From Okeania sp. (GTDB lineage Bacteria; Cyanobacteriota; Cyanobacteriia; Cyanobacteriales; Microcoleaceae), in NCBI RefSeq assembly GCF_035285525.1, contig NZ_JAYKGW010000231.1, positions 1 through 16,453 on the forward strand: a stretch of 16,453 bases of DNA. Direction: 5' to 3'. Shown here piece by piece: positions 14,701 through 16,453 of this stretch. The notes under the pieces were generated by a model that was not told the DNA's origin, searched no databases, and worked only from the letters and a program-made list of their open reading frames with translations. Numbering within the stretch: position 1 is the first letter of the stretch; each line of letters opens with the position of its first letter. The translations under genes and the position numbers were made by a program.

Positions 14701-16407
14701 ATGACTAACAATAATCAACAATTCCAAGCTGCTAAAGTTGGTTATATCTTTAAAAAAGCGCTAAGCAAGTTTGACAAACTACTAGCTGATATAAATAAAA
14801 AACAATTCACTAATATCCGCAAAAAAATTCGGAAAGAATTAAAAGAATATCGGGAGCAAGGCACAATTAAAGTTGCCTTTATCGGACAATATAGCGCTGG
14901 TAAATCTACAATTATTTCTGCTTTAACAGGAATCAGAAATATTAAAATAGATACTGATATTGGTACTGAAAAAACTATAACTTATGATTGGAATAGTATT
15001 AAAATAATAGATACTCCCGGACTTTTTACAGAACGTCAAGAACATGATGAGATTACTTATGAGGCAATTAATCAAGCTGATTTATTAGTTTTTTGTTTGA
15101 CTTATATGTTATTTGATTCTGTGACAATTGAGAATTTCAAAAAGTTAGCTTATGATAAAGGTTATCGTTGGAAAATGATGTTAGTTGTTAATAAAATGTC
15201 TGATGAAGCTGGAGAAGATGAGGAAAAAATTACTAACTATCGGTACAGTTTAACAGAAGCTCTTAAACCTTTTAATTTTGATGAATTTCCGGTTTGTTTT
15301 ATTGATGCTAAAGATTATTGTGAGGGTATTGATGAGAATGATAATTTTTTGCTGGAGATGAGTCGGTTTGAAACTTTTATTGCTGCTTTAAATACTTTTG
15401 TTGAACGTCGAAGTAGTTTGGCAAAATTCGATACTCCTGTTAGAATAGTATTAAAATTTGTCGAAGATACTCAGTTGATTTTGATGAGCAACTTTGTTGA
15501 AAATACGACATTTTTTGAAGTAGCTAACCGTCTATCTAGAACTATCCGAAAGGAACGAGATAGACTCCGCACAAAAGTTAAAGGCATTTCTTTAGATATG
15601 TCTTCAGCTATTATCAAAGAAGGAAATAAATTAGCAATGGCGGTGGGAACTGATGCAGATTTTGTCAAACTGAATAAAACGGCAGAATTAAATGTTCGTA
15701 ATTTCTATGAAGAAGCAGAAAGTAAGTTACAAGAAGTTTGCGAAACAGCAGTATCAGATATTCGGGAAGCAGTTGCAGAAATATTAGATAGTGACTTGGT
15801 TGAAGCTTTTATTTGTTGTTTAGATAAGGAGCAAAATATTTCGGCTTCTAATATTGATAATGGAAGAAATTTTCCAAGGCTTAAATCTCAAGTTTACTGG
15901 ATAAAGAATATTGCTGAAGTTGCAGGTGTAAAAATAGAAAATTCAGAAACTAAAAGTTTCTTGACAACAACAGAAAGTAGTTTAGGGGTGGGAAAATTTA
16001 TAGGTTTTAAGTATAAATATTGGGAAGCAGTTAGTATTGCTCAAAATCTTGGTAATGATGCTAAATTTTTAGGCCCTGCTGTGGCATTAGTTTCTGTGGA
16101 AATGGATGTTTCGGAAATGCGCAATGAAAGTCAACGAGAAACAGAAATGTCTGATTTAAGAAGAGAAATTTATAGTCAATTTCAGACAATAGCTAAAGAT
16201 TTAGAGGCACAAATAAATCTACAATTATCTGAATTTGAAACTCAGGTTTATACAGAGATTGAAAGGCAAATTGCTGAAGCACGAAAACAGGAAGAGGAGG
16301 CGATCGCTACTTCTAATAATTGGATAAAACAAGTAGGAGAAATTAGAAGTAATTTTGAACTAATTATCCAATATATTCAGAAGGTAACGGCAAAAGCAAA
16401 AGGTTGA
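14701..16407 (+). CDS. Soluble dynamin-like (LeoA/BDLP-type) GTPase, 568 aa
   Basis: G1 is GQYSAGKST (nt 14884-14910), with switch-I threonines in GTEKTITY. G3 is DTPG (nt 15010-15021) and the G4-like motif is VVNKMSD (nt 15190-15204). A long helical, coiled-coil-rich C-terminal region follows. No convincing TM segment. The GTPase domain aligns block by block with that of the upstream 832-aa protein. Confidence 0.85.
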   Translation: MTNNNQQFQAAKVGYIFKKALSKFDKLLADINKKQFTNIRKKIRKELKEYREQGTIKVAFIGQYSAGKSTIISALTGIRNIKIDTDIGTEKTITYDWNSIKIIDTPGLFTERQEHDEITYEAINQADLLVFCLTYMLFDSVTIENFKKLAYDKGYRWKMMLVVNKMSDEAGEDEEKITNYRYSLTEALKPFNFDEFPVCFIDAKDYCEGIDENDNFLLEMSRFETFIAALNTFVERRSSLAKFDTPVRIVLKFVEDTQLILMSNFVENTTFFEVANRLSRTIRKERDRLRTKVKGISLDMSSAIIKEGNKLAMAVGTDADFVKLNKTAELNVRNFYEEAESKLQEVCETAVSDIREAVAEILDSDLVEAFICCLDKEQNISASNIDNGRNFPRLKSQVYWIKNIAEVAGVKIENSETKSFLTTTESSLGVGKFIGFKYKYWEAVSIAQNLGNDAKFLGPAVALVSVEMDVSEMRNESQRETEMSDLRREIYSQFQTIAKDLEAQINLQLSEFETQVYTEIERQIAEARKQEEEAIATSNNWIKQVGEIRSNFELIIQYIQKVTAKAKG

Positions 16408-16453
16408 ATAGAATAATTACTTCAGGATAATTATTTTCAGATTGTTTCTAATA

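Overview
The window looks like chromosomal DNA from a filamentous, Nostocales-like cyanobacterium. This is an inference from the low GC content, at least seven HIP1 octamers (GCGATCGC, e.g. ~3319, ~4021, ~6413, ~6881, ~8780, ~10846, ~16304) and intergenic regions packed with short hairpin and oligomer repeats.

Positions 1-10.3 kb are mostly housekeeping or conserved genes:
- a PNPOx-like FMN-binding protein;
- an orphan antitoxin-like ORF;
- an S8 subtilisin-like peptidase with a polytopic C-terminal membrane domain, translationally coupled to a 74-aa protein;
- a small membrane protein;
- a decayed Uma2/DUF820 nuclease pseudogene;
- a phosphodiester glycosidase (DUF2233-like);
- a conserved hypothetical;
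- a threonine-synthase-family gene followed by a MoaD/ThiS-type GG-terminated sulfur carrier;
- a second MoaD-like gene with a 6-residue tail after GG.

Positions 10.3-11.4 kb are a repeat- and MITE-laden gene desert.

Positions 11.4-16.4 kb hold the most interesting content, a two-gene P-loop GTPase module. Gene 1 (832 aa) has an N-terminal TerB-like domain, a helical region, a dynamin/LeoBC-like GTPase, a hydrophobic membrane hairpin and a coiled coil. Gene 2 (568 aa) is a soluble LeoA/BDLP-like GTPase. The two genes are separated by a ~620-bp array of about six ~100-bp tandem repeats, some of which carry Shine-Dalgarno-preceded 13-codon mini-ORFs.

I interpret the pair as a candidate Eleos-like (dynamin-type) membrane-surveillance or defence module with an undescribed TerB fusion. 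This rests on motif recognition by eye and needs HMM or structure searches. No tRNA, rRNA or true CRISPR array was recognised.
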